Source of the DNA: a virus | Direction: 5' to 3' (one strand) | UHGV virus genome: UHGV-0277313 | DNA length: 64,000 nt | In this document: positions 50,460 through 58,987 of the stretch, piece by piece | How positions within the stretch are numbered: position 1 is the first letter of the stretch | Layout of the letters: each line of letters begins with the position of its first letter | The notes under the pieces: generated by a model | The model's database searches: none | Told to the model about the DNA's origin: nothing | The model's input: the letters and a program-made list of their open reading frames with translations, nothing else | Translations under genes and position numbers: made by a program

Positions 50460-53213
50460 TTACATAACACCTAACAATTCGTCTTGATCAGTTAAATCTT
50501 TTGCATGCTTGCACCATTGATTATTATACATTATTAAAGTTTTATCAATTCCTATCTTTGGGTTTTTTATAGGGAATTTATGATCTGGCGTGCATCTTAT
50601 GCTCTGTCCGTTTTCCAACTCTATTTCAACTAACTCATTTACTTCTTTAGTACATTCACAATTATTAATATTATTCCAAGTAAACGTCCCATCAAGTTCT
50701 CTAGTTTTTACTTTATATTGATTACAACTTTTTGCAATATCTTCTATTCTTATATTTCCACTATCTGTTACAACTTCTGTATCACCTGTTAAACAACCAA
50801 AGACACTGTAACCAATAATGTGATTAATATTTGAACCTACCGACAAGTATACATTGTTTGGAAACCTAATGCCATTGCCTTGACGACAGAATGGAACCGG
50901 ATCATTTGGCCCAAACGAATCGAAAGCCGTCATTTTACGAACTTCATGAAAACATGGCGAATTACGAATCATTTCCAATACAGGCTTTAATGCAGTATCC
51001 TGCGCTTGCTGCAATGTAACAGAAATCATCAATGCAGATAAAACAGTATCAGGTGCAATATTGAATAATTTATGAGGCGATCTTAAACAACATATACGAT
51101 AAAGTGCATAAATTAAACCTCTACGCGCAATAGTTGATTTTCCTGAATTGTGTAAAATAATTAAATTTCCTGAATCCGTTACTACAGCAAAATTGTGATA
51201 AACAGGGACTTCTATATCATAGACCGCACATTTTTTATCAAGATCCTGCACATTTTTAACAGTAACACTACCATTATTTGCACACAATATATCATTCTTT
51301 TTTAAATCTTTCGCTTCAACATAATGACCTGAACTCAATAGAAATCTATGATCGCTCGTACATTCTAACGTTGTTCCGTCAGATAAACTAACACTTAATA
51401 CCTTTCTATTCTTTCCAGTACAACGCGCATTAAAAGCTTTTGCTTTTACAAATACATTATTTTTAATGTCATACGATAAAACATTAAATTCATTATCTTC
51501 ACCTAAACTTGCTAAATTTTCAATGGACACTAGTTTGTTATCAGACAATATTTTTGTATCACCAGACAAACAACCAATACTTCCACGAAAAACACAATTA
51601 GAAGCATATACCCCACTGTTAATTGCAAAATTATGATTGCCACGAATACAAACGTTGAAAGTGGATTCGCTTTTTTCTAACAATTTTATACTAACAATTT
51701 TATGATTATATTTGATTTCAACTTTTGTGTTAATATCAAACTTATTGCACCAGGCCTTTAAAGTCTTTACTTTAATACAAGCATTACTTGCACATTCCTC
51801 TATAGTATAACCACAACTTAATATATACCTAACTTCTTCTTCAGTCACCTTTTTTAATAAATCTTTATGATTGATATTATAAAGTTTTAACTTATTGATG
51901 ATATAACATCTGGAACAATTTAATTTCCTTTCAACTTCTCTTAATGAAAAACTATTTTTTAAAGTTTCAATAAAACGCTCCTTTGATATATCTAACCTTG
52001 CTGAAGGATTATTTTTTAAGTTTTTTTCTCTTTGTTTTATTCTTAAATTTTCTTTTAATAATGCACCTTTTTCGCTATTCCAAAAAGCAACAGAAATTTT
52101 GGAAGCATAATTATCTTGCAAATTCCTCAATGACATACGTTTTGAAGCCAACTTATGTTGTTGTTCGTCTGCCCACCTGTTTGCTGAACCTTTTTTTAGT
52201 CTATTTTTTACAGAATCAACAACTTCTTTGACACCATTCTTATAAGCTTCGTTATACAATTTTAATTGTTTTCTTGCGAATTTTGTATGATAATCTAGAT
52301 GTGTCTTACTATCTAAATAAATTAAATTAGTTGGATTGTTATTGTATTTGTTACCATCTTTATGGTGTATGACTTCATAACGTACCCTTTCACCTCTATT
52401 CTTTACAGGTGCTTTATATTTTCTGCCATATTTCCACAATGCACTTAAACGATGTGTGTATTCTGAACTTGCAACAGAAATTTTTGAAGGTATGATTACT
52501 TTTTCATATGATTTCACACCTCTTGCAGTTTTGTCTTCAACAAACCTCTCAAAAGGCATTAATGAATCACCGACTTTTAAATCCTTTGTCAATACCCACT
52601 TATTATTTCTATTCAAAAATTTATGATTTTCAGTACACTTAAAAACTTTTCCATTATCTAAAGTTATTTCATAAACTCTCTTTTCACCACTATATTGAAT
52701 ACCTTCTATTTCACCGGGTTCGACAGAATGTTTTTGTTCGTTCCACGTGTATACATAACAACCTTCATAACCAAATAAACATAAATCTGCTACAGTTTTT
52801 ACAGAACCATCCATTAATGGAATTTCTACATCACCAGTAACACATTCAAAATATTGATTAGATGGATCAAATATTTTTGCTAAAATCTGTCGCCAATAAG
52901 GATAAATAATGGCATACGAATTGCCCATATATGCATCATCTTTCAAGAATTCTTGAATAGTTGGCATATGTTTTTTATAAAGCAAAACATCAAGCTGATT
53001 TAAAAACTGTTCCTGCCCTGTATAATACAAATAGAAACCCATTCTTTTTTCAAAATCAGGCAACTGTTCTAAACGTGAACCACGGGGAATTTGTTCTGAA
53101 TAAAACGAATAAATATCATTAAATTCTTTTGAATGTATCAAGTTAATAATGTTATCTTGATCTTCAACTGAATATACAGGAATTTGATAATTATTGTGTA
53201 AAATCTCAACCAT
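50460..53213 (-). CDS. terL: terminase large subunit, N-terminal polypeptide (N-extein, P-loop, inteins 1-2, split-intein N-half)
   Basis: The exteins give MVEIL...NQYFE | CVFRGSIG | SGKSTIARRGL...HIIGYSVFG, reconstituting the Walker A motif GSIGSGKST. Confidence 0.65.
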   Translation of the reverse strand: MVEILHNNYQIPVYSVEDQDNIINLIHSKEFNDIYSFYSEQIPRGSRLEQLPDFEKRMGFYLYYTGQEQFLNQLDVLLYKKHMPTIQEFLKDDAYMGNSYAIIYPYWRQILAKIFDPSNQYFECVTGDVEIPLMDGSVKTVADLCLFGYEGCYVYTWNEQKHSVEPGEIEGIQYSGEKRVYEITLDNGKVFKCTENHKFLNRNNKWVLTKDLKVGDSLMPFERFVEDKTARGVKSYEKVIIPSKISVASSEYTHRLSALWKYGRKYKAPVKNRGERVRYEVIHHKDGNKYNNNPTNLIYLDSKTHLDYHTKFARKQLKLYNEAYKNGVKEVVDSVKNRLKKGSANRWADEQQHKLASKRMSLRNLQDNYASKISVAFWNSEKGALLKENLRIKQREKNLKNNPSARLDISKERFIETLKNSFSLREVERKLNCSRCYIINKLKLYNINHKDLLKKVTEEEVRYILSCGYTIEECASNACIKVKTLKAWCNKFDINTKVEIKYNHKIVSIKLLEKSESTFNVCIRGNHNFAINSGVYASNCVFRGSIGCLSGDTKILSDNKLVSIENLASLGEDNEFNVLSYDIKNNVFVKAKAFNARCTGKNRKVLSVSLSDGTTLECTSDHRFLLSSGHYVEAKDLKKNDILCANNGSVTVKNVQDLDKKCAVYDIEVPVYHNFAVVTDSGNLIILHNSGKSTIARRGLIYALYRICCLRSPHKLFNIAPDTVLSALMISVTLQQAQDTALKPVLEMIRNSPCFHEVRKMTAFDSFGPNDPVPFCRQGNGIRFPNNVYLSVGSNINHIIGYSVFGCLTGDTEVVTDSGNIRIEDIAKSCNQYKVKTRELDGTFTWNNINNCECTKEVNELVEIELENGQSIRCTPDHKFPIKNPKIGIDKTLIMYNNQWCKHAKDLTDQDELLGVM
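50463..50795 (-). mobile_element. split-intein N-fragment (IntN, 111 aa) terminated by a stop codon
   Basis: The fragment CLTGDTEVVTDSGNIRIEDIAK...RCTPDHKF...KHAKDLTDQDELLGVM* starts directly after the extein ...YSVFG. Confidence 0.6.
51147..51572 (-). mobile_element. intein 2 (142-aa mini-intein) splitting the P-loop
   Basis: The intein runs from CLSGDTKILSDN to YHNFAVVTDSGNLIILHN|SGKST. It has no endonuclease domain. Confidence 0.65.
51597..52844 (-). mobile_element. intein 1 (416 aa) with HNH homing endonuclease
   Basis: The intein runs from CVTGDVEIPLMDG to GNHNFAINSGVYASN|C. The HNH motif is VIHHKDGNKYNNNPTNLIYLDSKTHLDYH. Confidence 0.65.
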
Positions 53214-53242
53214 TAGAAACCTATTAGAAAATTTTTAATGAA

Positions 53243-53962
53243 TTACTCTTCGTTCAATTTCTTCTTTTCTTCTGCTTTTATTTCATGAAAAGTTGCATCT
53301 AACATAGTTGCAATCTTTTCAGTTCCAGTTTGTATTTTTTCTTCTGGCTTGTATTCAACCTGACTTTGTCTTGGAACACCTATTTGACCCCAAACACCTG
53401 CCGCTTCCGCCATTTTAGTCATGCTGCTGACTGTTTTAGGTTCAAGTGATTTCATTACATTTTCATTATTACTATAAACATTTTGTTGTTGATTCAATTG
53501 ATTTTCAACATGATTATCATAAACATTATGTGTTGGACCTTGCATGTTGATATTGATACCACCGGACCGTGCGCCAAAAATTCTATCTAAATCAGCAACA
53601 CCTGCTTCATTAATAGCTCGATACATGTCAGTTAACTCTGCGGGCGTGCAAGAAACCATTACTTCATTAAAACGTGACAACAAATTTCGTTTCATATCTT
53701 CTGCAATCAACCCGTTTTGAAAACGATAATTCAAATATGTCTGCGAAATAAAATCAGTCATATTTTTTAAAGTTGATGCACTTTCTTTAGAATTGATCTC
53801 TTTTAAAGCATTTGCAAAATTTATTACTGACTTAAAAATTCCTAATGTATGTTTATTGCTTTCATCACGATTATAATCATCAGCACTAATCATACCTGAT
53901 GACCCACACCCTTTTACAGGAACCATATCTTCTTCAAAATCGTCATTGTAGTAATTGGCCAT
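53243..53962 (-). CDS. hypothetical protein upstream of terminase (small-terminase position, unsupported)
   Basis: The ORF encodes 239 aa. Confidence 0.4.
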   Translation of the reverse strand: MANYYNDDFEEDMVPVKGCGSSGMISADDYNRDESNKHTLGIFKSVINFANALKEINSKESASTLKNMTDFISQTYLNYRFQNGLIAEDMKRNLLSRFNEVMVSCTPAELTDMYRAINEAGVADLDRIFGARSGGININMQGPTHNVYDNHVENQLNQQQNVYSNNENVMKSLEPKTVSSMTKMAEAAGVWGQIGVPRQSQVEYKPEEKIQTGTEKIATMLDATFHEIKAEEKKKLNEE

Positions 53963-54363
53963 TATTTTAAATCCACAGCTTTTTGTAGCAAATACTTAAC
54001 GTTTATACCTTTTGCTTTCATTGATTTTATCCATTGTTTTGCTCTCTTTTTAATAGCCATTAAAGTCACTAAATCAACTTCATACGCTTGAATAAAATCT
54101 TTTTCAGACATTGGTTCAACATACAAATGATAAAGATACAATGAAGCCATTAACGAAGTTGACAACTCCATTGCAGTCGGAACCTTAAGACTTGCACCAC
54201 CTAAAACTGTTGCTAAACGTAGAAAATTTGCTGGGCCAATAACCGCACAAATAGCGGAAATAGAAGGGTACCCTTCTTCAGACAAAACAGATAATGCTAG
54301 ATACAAAAAACTGTTTTCACTATTCAGTACCTTTGCACACTTCTTCGTTGCTTTCGATGGCAT
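53962..54363 (-). CDS. hypothetical protein
   Basis: The ORF encodes 133 aa. Confidence 0.4.
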   Translation of the reverse strand: MPSKATKKCAKVLNSENSFLYLALSVLSEEGYPSISAICAVIGPANFLRLATVLGGASLKVPTAMELSTSLMASLYLYHLYVEPMSEKDFIQAYEVDLVTLMAIKKRAKQWIKSMKAKGINVKYLLQKAVDLK

Positions 54364-55063
54364 CTAGACGTCTCTCGATTCGTTTGACTGCATCTTTCAC
54401 GTTTGACTTTACAGCATTTAAAAGAAAATCGTTCTTTTGCATTTTGTAAAACAAACTTGAATAAATGTACTCTAAATCAAAAGAACCTAAAAACATTGAA
54501 ATAAAAACAAATATATTAAAATTTAACTTATCTTCAACAAAAAAGTTGTTCTCATACAACCTTTCCATTTCTCTGCAAACTAAATCATCAAAAATTAAAT
54601 ATTTGTTCTTATCATCTATTAAAGAATACACATAATCTAAATGTTCACTGATAGGTACTGTATATTTATCAAAGTCACATAATTTGCGACGATACTCATA
54701 AAGATTCAAATAATGTGATGCTCTTTTAACTTCATCACTCGACAATTTATCAACTAAAGTTTTATACGACTTTTTCTTCTTTTCTCTAGCTTTTAAAGAA
54801 AAACCTTGTCGTTGCCAATTTATTAGGAAATCTTCAACCATCTCTTCATCAAAACAAGGATATGGCAAACTTCCTTTTGAATAACAATACTCTTGAGTAA
54901 AGAATTCTTTCAATAAATCATGCAAGGAATTATAGTATACGTTAAAATCCTTGCTATCTTTTATATTTTCATAAATTTTATTTATTTTAACACATAAATC
55001 AGATTGTTTTAATTCTTGATTATGTTTAAAATCCCTCTTTTTTAAAGACATCTTTACTATCAA
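54320..55063 (-). CDS. hypothetical protein
   Basis: The ORF encodes 247 aa. Confidence 0.4.
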   Translation of the reverse strand: MIVKMSLKKRDFKHNQELKQSDLCVKINKIYENIKDSKDFNVYYNSLHDLLKEFFTQEYCYSKGSLPYPCFDEEMVEDFLINWQRQGFSLKAREKKKKSYKTLVDKLSSDEVKRASHYLNLYEYRRKLCDFDKYTVPISEHLDYVYSLIDDKNKYLIFDDLVCREMERLYENNFFVEDKLNFNIFVFISMFLGSFDLEYIYSSLFYKMQKNDFLLNAVKSNVKDAVKRIERRLDAIESNEEVCKGTE

Positions 55064-55338
55064 ATTTTATTTTTTCCAAATAACAAGAACCTTTTAAAAA
55101 TTTCTGGTGAAACATTGCCTGTGAAAATATCATCAATATACTGTGTATTATCAACAATTTTCAACATTTTATTCTCACGATCAATTTGCATAACGCCAAA
55201 CATTGTTTGATCATCATTATGAACAAGTATATTATTTAATGTTAACGCCATGTAGGAATCTAAAATAGATTTTACTAAATCTTCAGACAATTCAAAAGCG
55301 TTTGCTATTGTTTTTATTTTTTTCTCTTCTAACTGCAT
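55060..55338 (-). CDS. hypothetical protein
   Basis: The ORF encodes 92 aa. Confidence 0.35.
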   Translation of the reverse strand: MQLEEKKIKTIANAFELSEDLVKSILDSYMALTLNNILVHNDDQTMFGVMQIDRENKMLKIVDNTQYIDDIFTGNVSPEIFKRFLLFGKNKI

Positions 55339-57131
55339 TATGCATAATCCGAAACACTAACAACTGTACTTAAAAAATCTTTTGTGAACAAATGTTTGTA
55401 TTTACTCAACAAAAAATTAATATTATTATCAAGACAAAAAGTTGCTGCAACATCAGTTTCAGATCTAACTGAACGGCCGACACCTTGCAAAATCTGTAAA
55501 ACAGCATTATTGATATACCACTCTTCATCCAACTGTAAACGTCTAGCAACGACTTTATCAGCCAAACTCATATATGGTACTTTAATAAAGATTTGGAATT
55601 CAGACAAATCCCCCTTGAAATCGAAACCTTCAATTAAAGAAGGTGAAATCAAAACACTATTTTTTGACTTAATAAACTGTTCCAATACATGATTTTTACT
55701 TACCTGATCATGAATTAAAACTCTTTTACTGTTTTGCATATGATCACGTAAATAAATAGCGTTTTTAAATGATACTGAATGAATAATTCCCTTTTGATCT
55801 GGATACATATCCAAAATTGCATCACATGCTTCAGCAATTTTTGGCATATTTTCATCCATGTTTTTATATGACATCGAACAAATAGGCCACTTCACAAAAG
55901 GACGATTTTCAACTGGAAACGTTGCTGGAACATCAATAAATTCCACTTCGTCAAAAGGAATGCCTAAACTCTTTGCAAATCTTTCTGGATCGCCAATCGT
56001 TGCTGACATCATAACAACTTTATTTTTTGCAATCTTATTGAACAAATCAGTTGTTAACAATTCAATTGTTACAGGCTTTAATTCAAAACCTGTAATAGCA
56101 CCTCTCGCAGTTTTGTGATCCTGAACAACCCACTCCACTGAATTTCTTAAACGAATATAATCTTTAATTGTAGACAATAAATGTTTCAAGAAGTCACACT
56201 TCTTAATCATTTCCTTATATTCTTTATTTTGCAGTGCTTCGACTTCGTTCCCACCACAAAACTCACTAGTATACCTGTCTAAAGCATTTGACAAACTCAA
56301 GTAAAGGCTTCCAATATCTTTTGCAACCTTTTCAACGAATTCATTTACTTCATTGATGTTATTATAATCAATTTTTGTAATATCAATCTTTTTAAAATTA
56401 TATTTAAATCTTTTCAATGACTGCATGCAAATAGATAAAATCTCACTCTTAACCTCTTTACGCATGTTTTCTTTTAAATCATTAATAACCTGTAATGTAC
56501 TTTCCGTCATTTGAACAACAAATTCATCACGCAAAACAGATTCAATTGCCTGACATTCATCAACAATACACAAATCTTTTTGAATAAATGCATCAGTCCT
56601 CATAATCTTCAACAAATATGCAAAATTCGTTGCAGATACATTAGCACTCATCATACGACGTTTAGCTAATTGATACAAACACGTGCTATAACACGGCATT
56701 AAGGAAGGCCTTTTACTTTTCAAACATGAAGCTTCATTGCAAGGCTTATGATCCAAATTGCACAAATAATGACCACGACCTTTGCAAATTGGCATGTGTC
56801 GGTTAAAATCTCTAAAATATTGATCCAACAACAAGTTTTTTGAAGTCAATAGATATGCATCTTTAACAATATTTGAATAGTTATATTCATCTAAACAATT
56901 CATAACATGTTTTGCATAATCTGTTAGATACCTCGCAGCAACATATGCCATAATAGACTTCCCTGAACCTGTCGGAGCTTGAACAAACAAAAAACGCTTT
57001 GGTGAACTATGACAAAAATCAACAATCTGTTTAATCGTTTCTTCCTGATGTTTACGAAAACTAGGAAAAATATTATACTGTTGAAAATCGTACTGCTTCA
57101 TGATGTCGCCTTTAAAAACCTTTACAAACAT
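55338..57131 (-). CDS. XPD/DinG-family (Rad3-like) Fe-S cluster DNA helicase
   Basis: The Walker A motif is FVQAPTGSGKS and the DEAH-like motif is IVDECQAIE. The Cys cluster CKGRGHYLCNLDHKPCNEASCLKSKRPSLMPC lies between them. Confidence 0.7.
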   Translation of the reverse strand: MFVKVFKGDIMKQYDFQQYNIFPSFRKHQEETIKQIVDFCHSSPKRFLFVQAPTGSGKSIMAYVAARYLTDYAKHVMNCLDEYNYSNIVKDAYLLTSKNLLLDQYFRDFNRHMPICKGRGHYLCNLDHKPCNEASCLKSKRPSLMPCYSTCLYQLAKRRMMSANVSATNFAYLLKIMRTDAFIQKDLCIVDECQAIESVLRDEFVVQMTESTLQVINDLKENMRKEVKSEILSICMQSLKRFKYNFKKIDITKIDYNNINEVNEFVEKVAKDIGSLYLSLSNALDRYTSEFCGGNEVEALQNKEYKEMIKKCDFLKHLLSTIKDYIRLRNSVEWVVQDHKTARGAITGFELKPVTIELLTTDLFNKIAKNKVVMMSATIGDPERFAKSLGIPFDEVEFIDVPATFPVENRPFVKWPICSMSYKNMDENMPKIAEACDAILDMYPDQKGIIHSVSFKNAIYLRDHMQNSKRVLIHDQVSKNHVLEQFIKSKNSVLISPSLIEGFDFKGDLSEFQIFIKVPYMSLADKVVARRLQLDEEWYINNAVLQILQGVGRSVRSETDVAATFCLDNNINFLLSKYKHLFTKDFLSTVVSVSDYA

Positions 57132-57193
57132 TTTAAAATCTGATATAACTTATCATTAATAATAAAAGATGTCAATAGCTATTTAGGTTAACA

Positions 57194-57973
57194 ATGAAAA
57201 TTCAGATTTTTTCCGACGTACATGCGGACATAAATAAAATACAATCACCTTCAGAAATTTTAGACACATCTGAAAAGGTTGATCTTTTTATTGACGCTGG
57301 CGATACTGGTAGTTTGCTCGCAACTAAAAGTTTCTATCAAAACCAATTTTGGAAAAACAAACAATCTGTTTTCATTGGTGGAAATCATTTATGTTATGGT
57401 GTTGATAAAACATTATCACAAGTTGAAGATGAACTTCGTAACGAATTTCATATAAACAACAATGTTACATTCTTACAAAACGAAGAAAAACATTTCGATG
57501 ACATTATTGTTTTAGGAACAACATTGTGGACAGATTTTAACGTCTTTAATAATAAACAATTTCACATGAAAGTATGCAACAAATCAATTAATGATTTTCG
57601 TTCTGTTTTATACACTGAAGACTCTTATTTGACACCTAAAAATGTCATAACATTACATAACTTGTCTAAAAAATATATACATAAACGTTTAATCAAGAAC
57701 CCAAACAAAAAATTCATAATAGTAACACATCATACACCCTCTTTAAGAAGTGCTGCTACTAAATATTTAAATGATCCTATTACTGCTGGATTCTGTAATG
57801 ATATGGAATCCTTTATAAAGGAACATAACAATATTCTATTATGGATTCATGGGCATGTTCACAATAATTGTTCATATTTTATTGATAAAACACCCGTTGT
57901 TTGTAATCCGTTAGGATATGTTAGATTTGGTGAAATGTCAGGTTTCTTAAATAATGCTATTTTAGAATTCTGA
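57194..57973 (+). CDS. calcineurin-like metallophosphoesterase
   Basis: The motifs are FSDVHAD, DAGDTG, GGNHL, IVTHHTP and GHVHNN. Confidence 0.65.
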   Translation: MKIQIFSDVHADINKIQSPSEILDTSEKVDLFIDAGDTGSLLATKSFYQNQFWKNKQSVFIGGNHLCYGVDKTLSQVEDELRNEFHINNNVTFLQNEEKHFDDIIVLGTTLWTDFNVFNNKQFHMKVCNKSINDFRSVLYTEDSYLTPKNVITLHNLSKKYIHKRLIKNPNKKFIIVTHHTPSLRSAATKYLNDPITAGFCNDMESFIKEHNNILLWIHGHVHNNCSYFIDKTPVVCNPLGYVRFGEMSGFLNNAILEF

Positions 57974-58012
57974 TTGTTGTTCTAGAATTTAGACTATTTA
58001 AAGGATTTCTAC

Positions 58013-58381
58013 ATGTCTGCTAAATTTAAACTAAAACGTTTTAATGTGTATAATGAACAAATGATGAATGCTTGGAAGAAATATAATTCTCAAAGCAACC
58101 TAATTGGTGAATCATTTTTAGTTAAAAAACGTAAATGGTTTAAAACAACTCTAGAAGAAAAAATCTTAACAGACTCATGGATTGAATGTTCATACAACGT
58201 TATTGATAAAAATAATGTTGTTACAAAAGTCAGTAATAAACGAATTCGTGAATTCGAAGATTTTGATAATCTTCTTAAATCCTTGCAACGAACTGTGATG
58301 ACAAAACCTGATTCAGTTATTCAAGACTTTTCTGTAAAGTGTAATTGCAGTTATATTGTAAAACAAGTTGACGATTTATGA
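58013..58381 (+). CDS. hypothetical protein
   Basis: The ORF encodes 122 aa. Confidence 0.4.
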   Translation: MSAKFKLKRFNVYNEQMMNAWKKYNSQSNLIGESFLVKKRKWFKTTLEEKILTDSWIECSYNVIDKNNVVTKVSNKRIREFEDFDNLLKSLQRTVMTKPDSVIQDFSVKCNCSYIVKQVDDL

Positions 58382-58987
58382 TGTCAATTCATAAATTCTT
58401 TTTGCAAATTCATTCGCAGCAAAATATGCACGGCTTCCTTTACATGTTGATGATAATGTCAAGTTGACATTATCATCAACAATTACTCGATTTTTATCGA
58501 ATAAAAGGTTGAAATCTTTTCTAAACTCTTTTGAAATCAAATATTCTAAAATCATCAATGGCTTTAAATCCGTCAATATAAAATCAACATATAGGTTGAA
58601 CTCTCCGTGACCACAACAAGAACACGTTGTCGTTAAACCTTCAAGTTTGTTTAAACATTCAACAAGAAAAGACACCTCTTCATCTAATTCATCTATGTTA
58701 TTGTCACGATAAATATCAGCATCAATGATTTCGTTTGAATAGCACCAATCTACAACATTTAAATGATATTGTTCATTATTGAAAAATTTTTGTTCAACAG
58801 GTTTATTACTTTTCTCAAAAATAAAATTATCAGAATCTAGATTAAAATAGAAATTGCCATCAACACTAACATGATTGAATTTGGCTTCACATCTGGAAAT
58901 TGTTTTTCTTCCGACAACTTTACCACTTGCTAGAATATTGCCTTGCAAATCTTTTATTGTCAAAAAGTCAAAATTCAAACCAAACAT
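58376..58987 (-). CDS. hypothetical protein with CSCCGHGE cysteine cluster
   Basis: The ORF encodes 203 aa. Its start overlaps the ligase stop. Confidence 0.4.
   Translation of the reverse strand: MFGLNFDFLTIKDLQGNILASGKVVGRKTISRCEAKFNHVSVDGNFYFNLDSDNFIFEKSNKPVEQKFFNNEQYHLNVVDWCYSNEIIDADIYRDNNIDELDEEVSFLVECLNKLEGLTTTCSCCGHGEFNLYVDFILTDLKPLMILEYLISKEFRKDFNLLFDKNRVIVDDNVNLTLSSTCKGSRAYFAANEFAKRIYELTS

Noticed and set aside
49390-50795. Interpreting IntN, HEG and IntC as one ordinary intein with an internal GIY-YIG domain disrupted by assembly errors
   Set aside because: It was considered seriously. The IntN ORF stops cleanly at the Hint block B/F boundary. The HEG has its own ATG 2 nt later in a different frame. 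IntC starts with its own ATG overlapping the HEG end. Two compensating indels exactly at domain boundaries seem less likely than a genuine split, but only resequencing can exclude it.
50460-53213. Alternative identity of the intein host as a DnaB/gp41-type helicase (which also carries P-loop inteins)
   Set aside because: After removing the inteins, the C-terminal half carries RNase-H-like nuclease motifs (hVDLAS...AGYSLW and KKDMADS-CVGAV) characteristic of large terminases, not helicases. The N-extein before the P-loop is also too short for DnaB.
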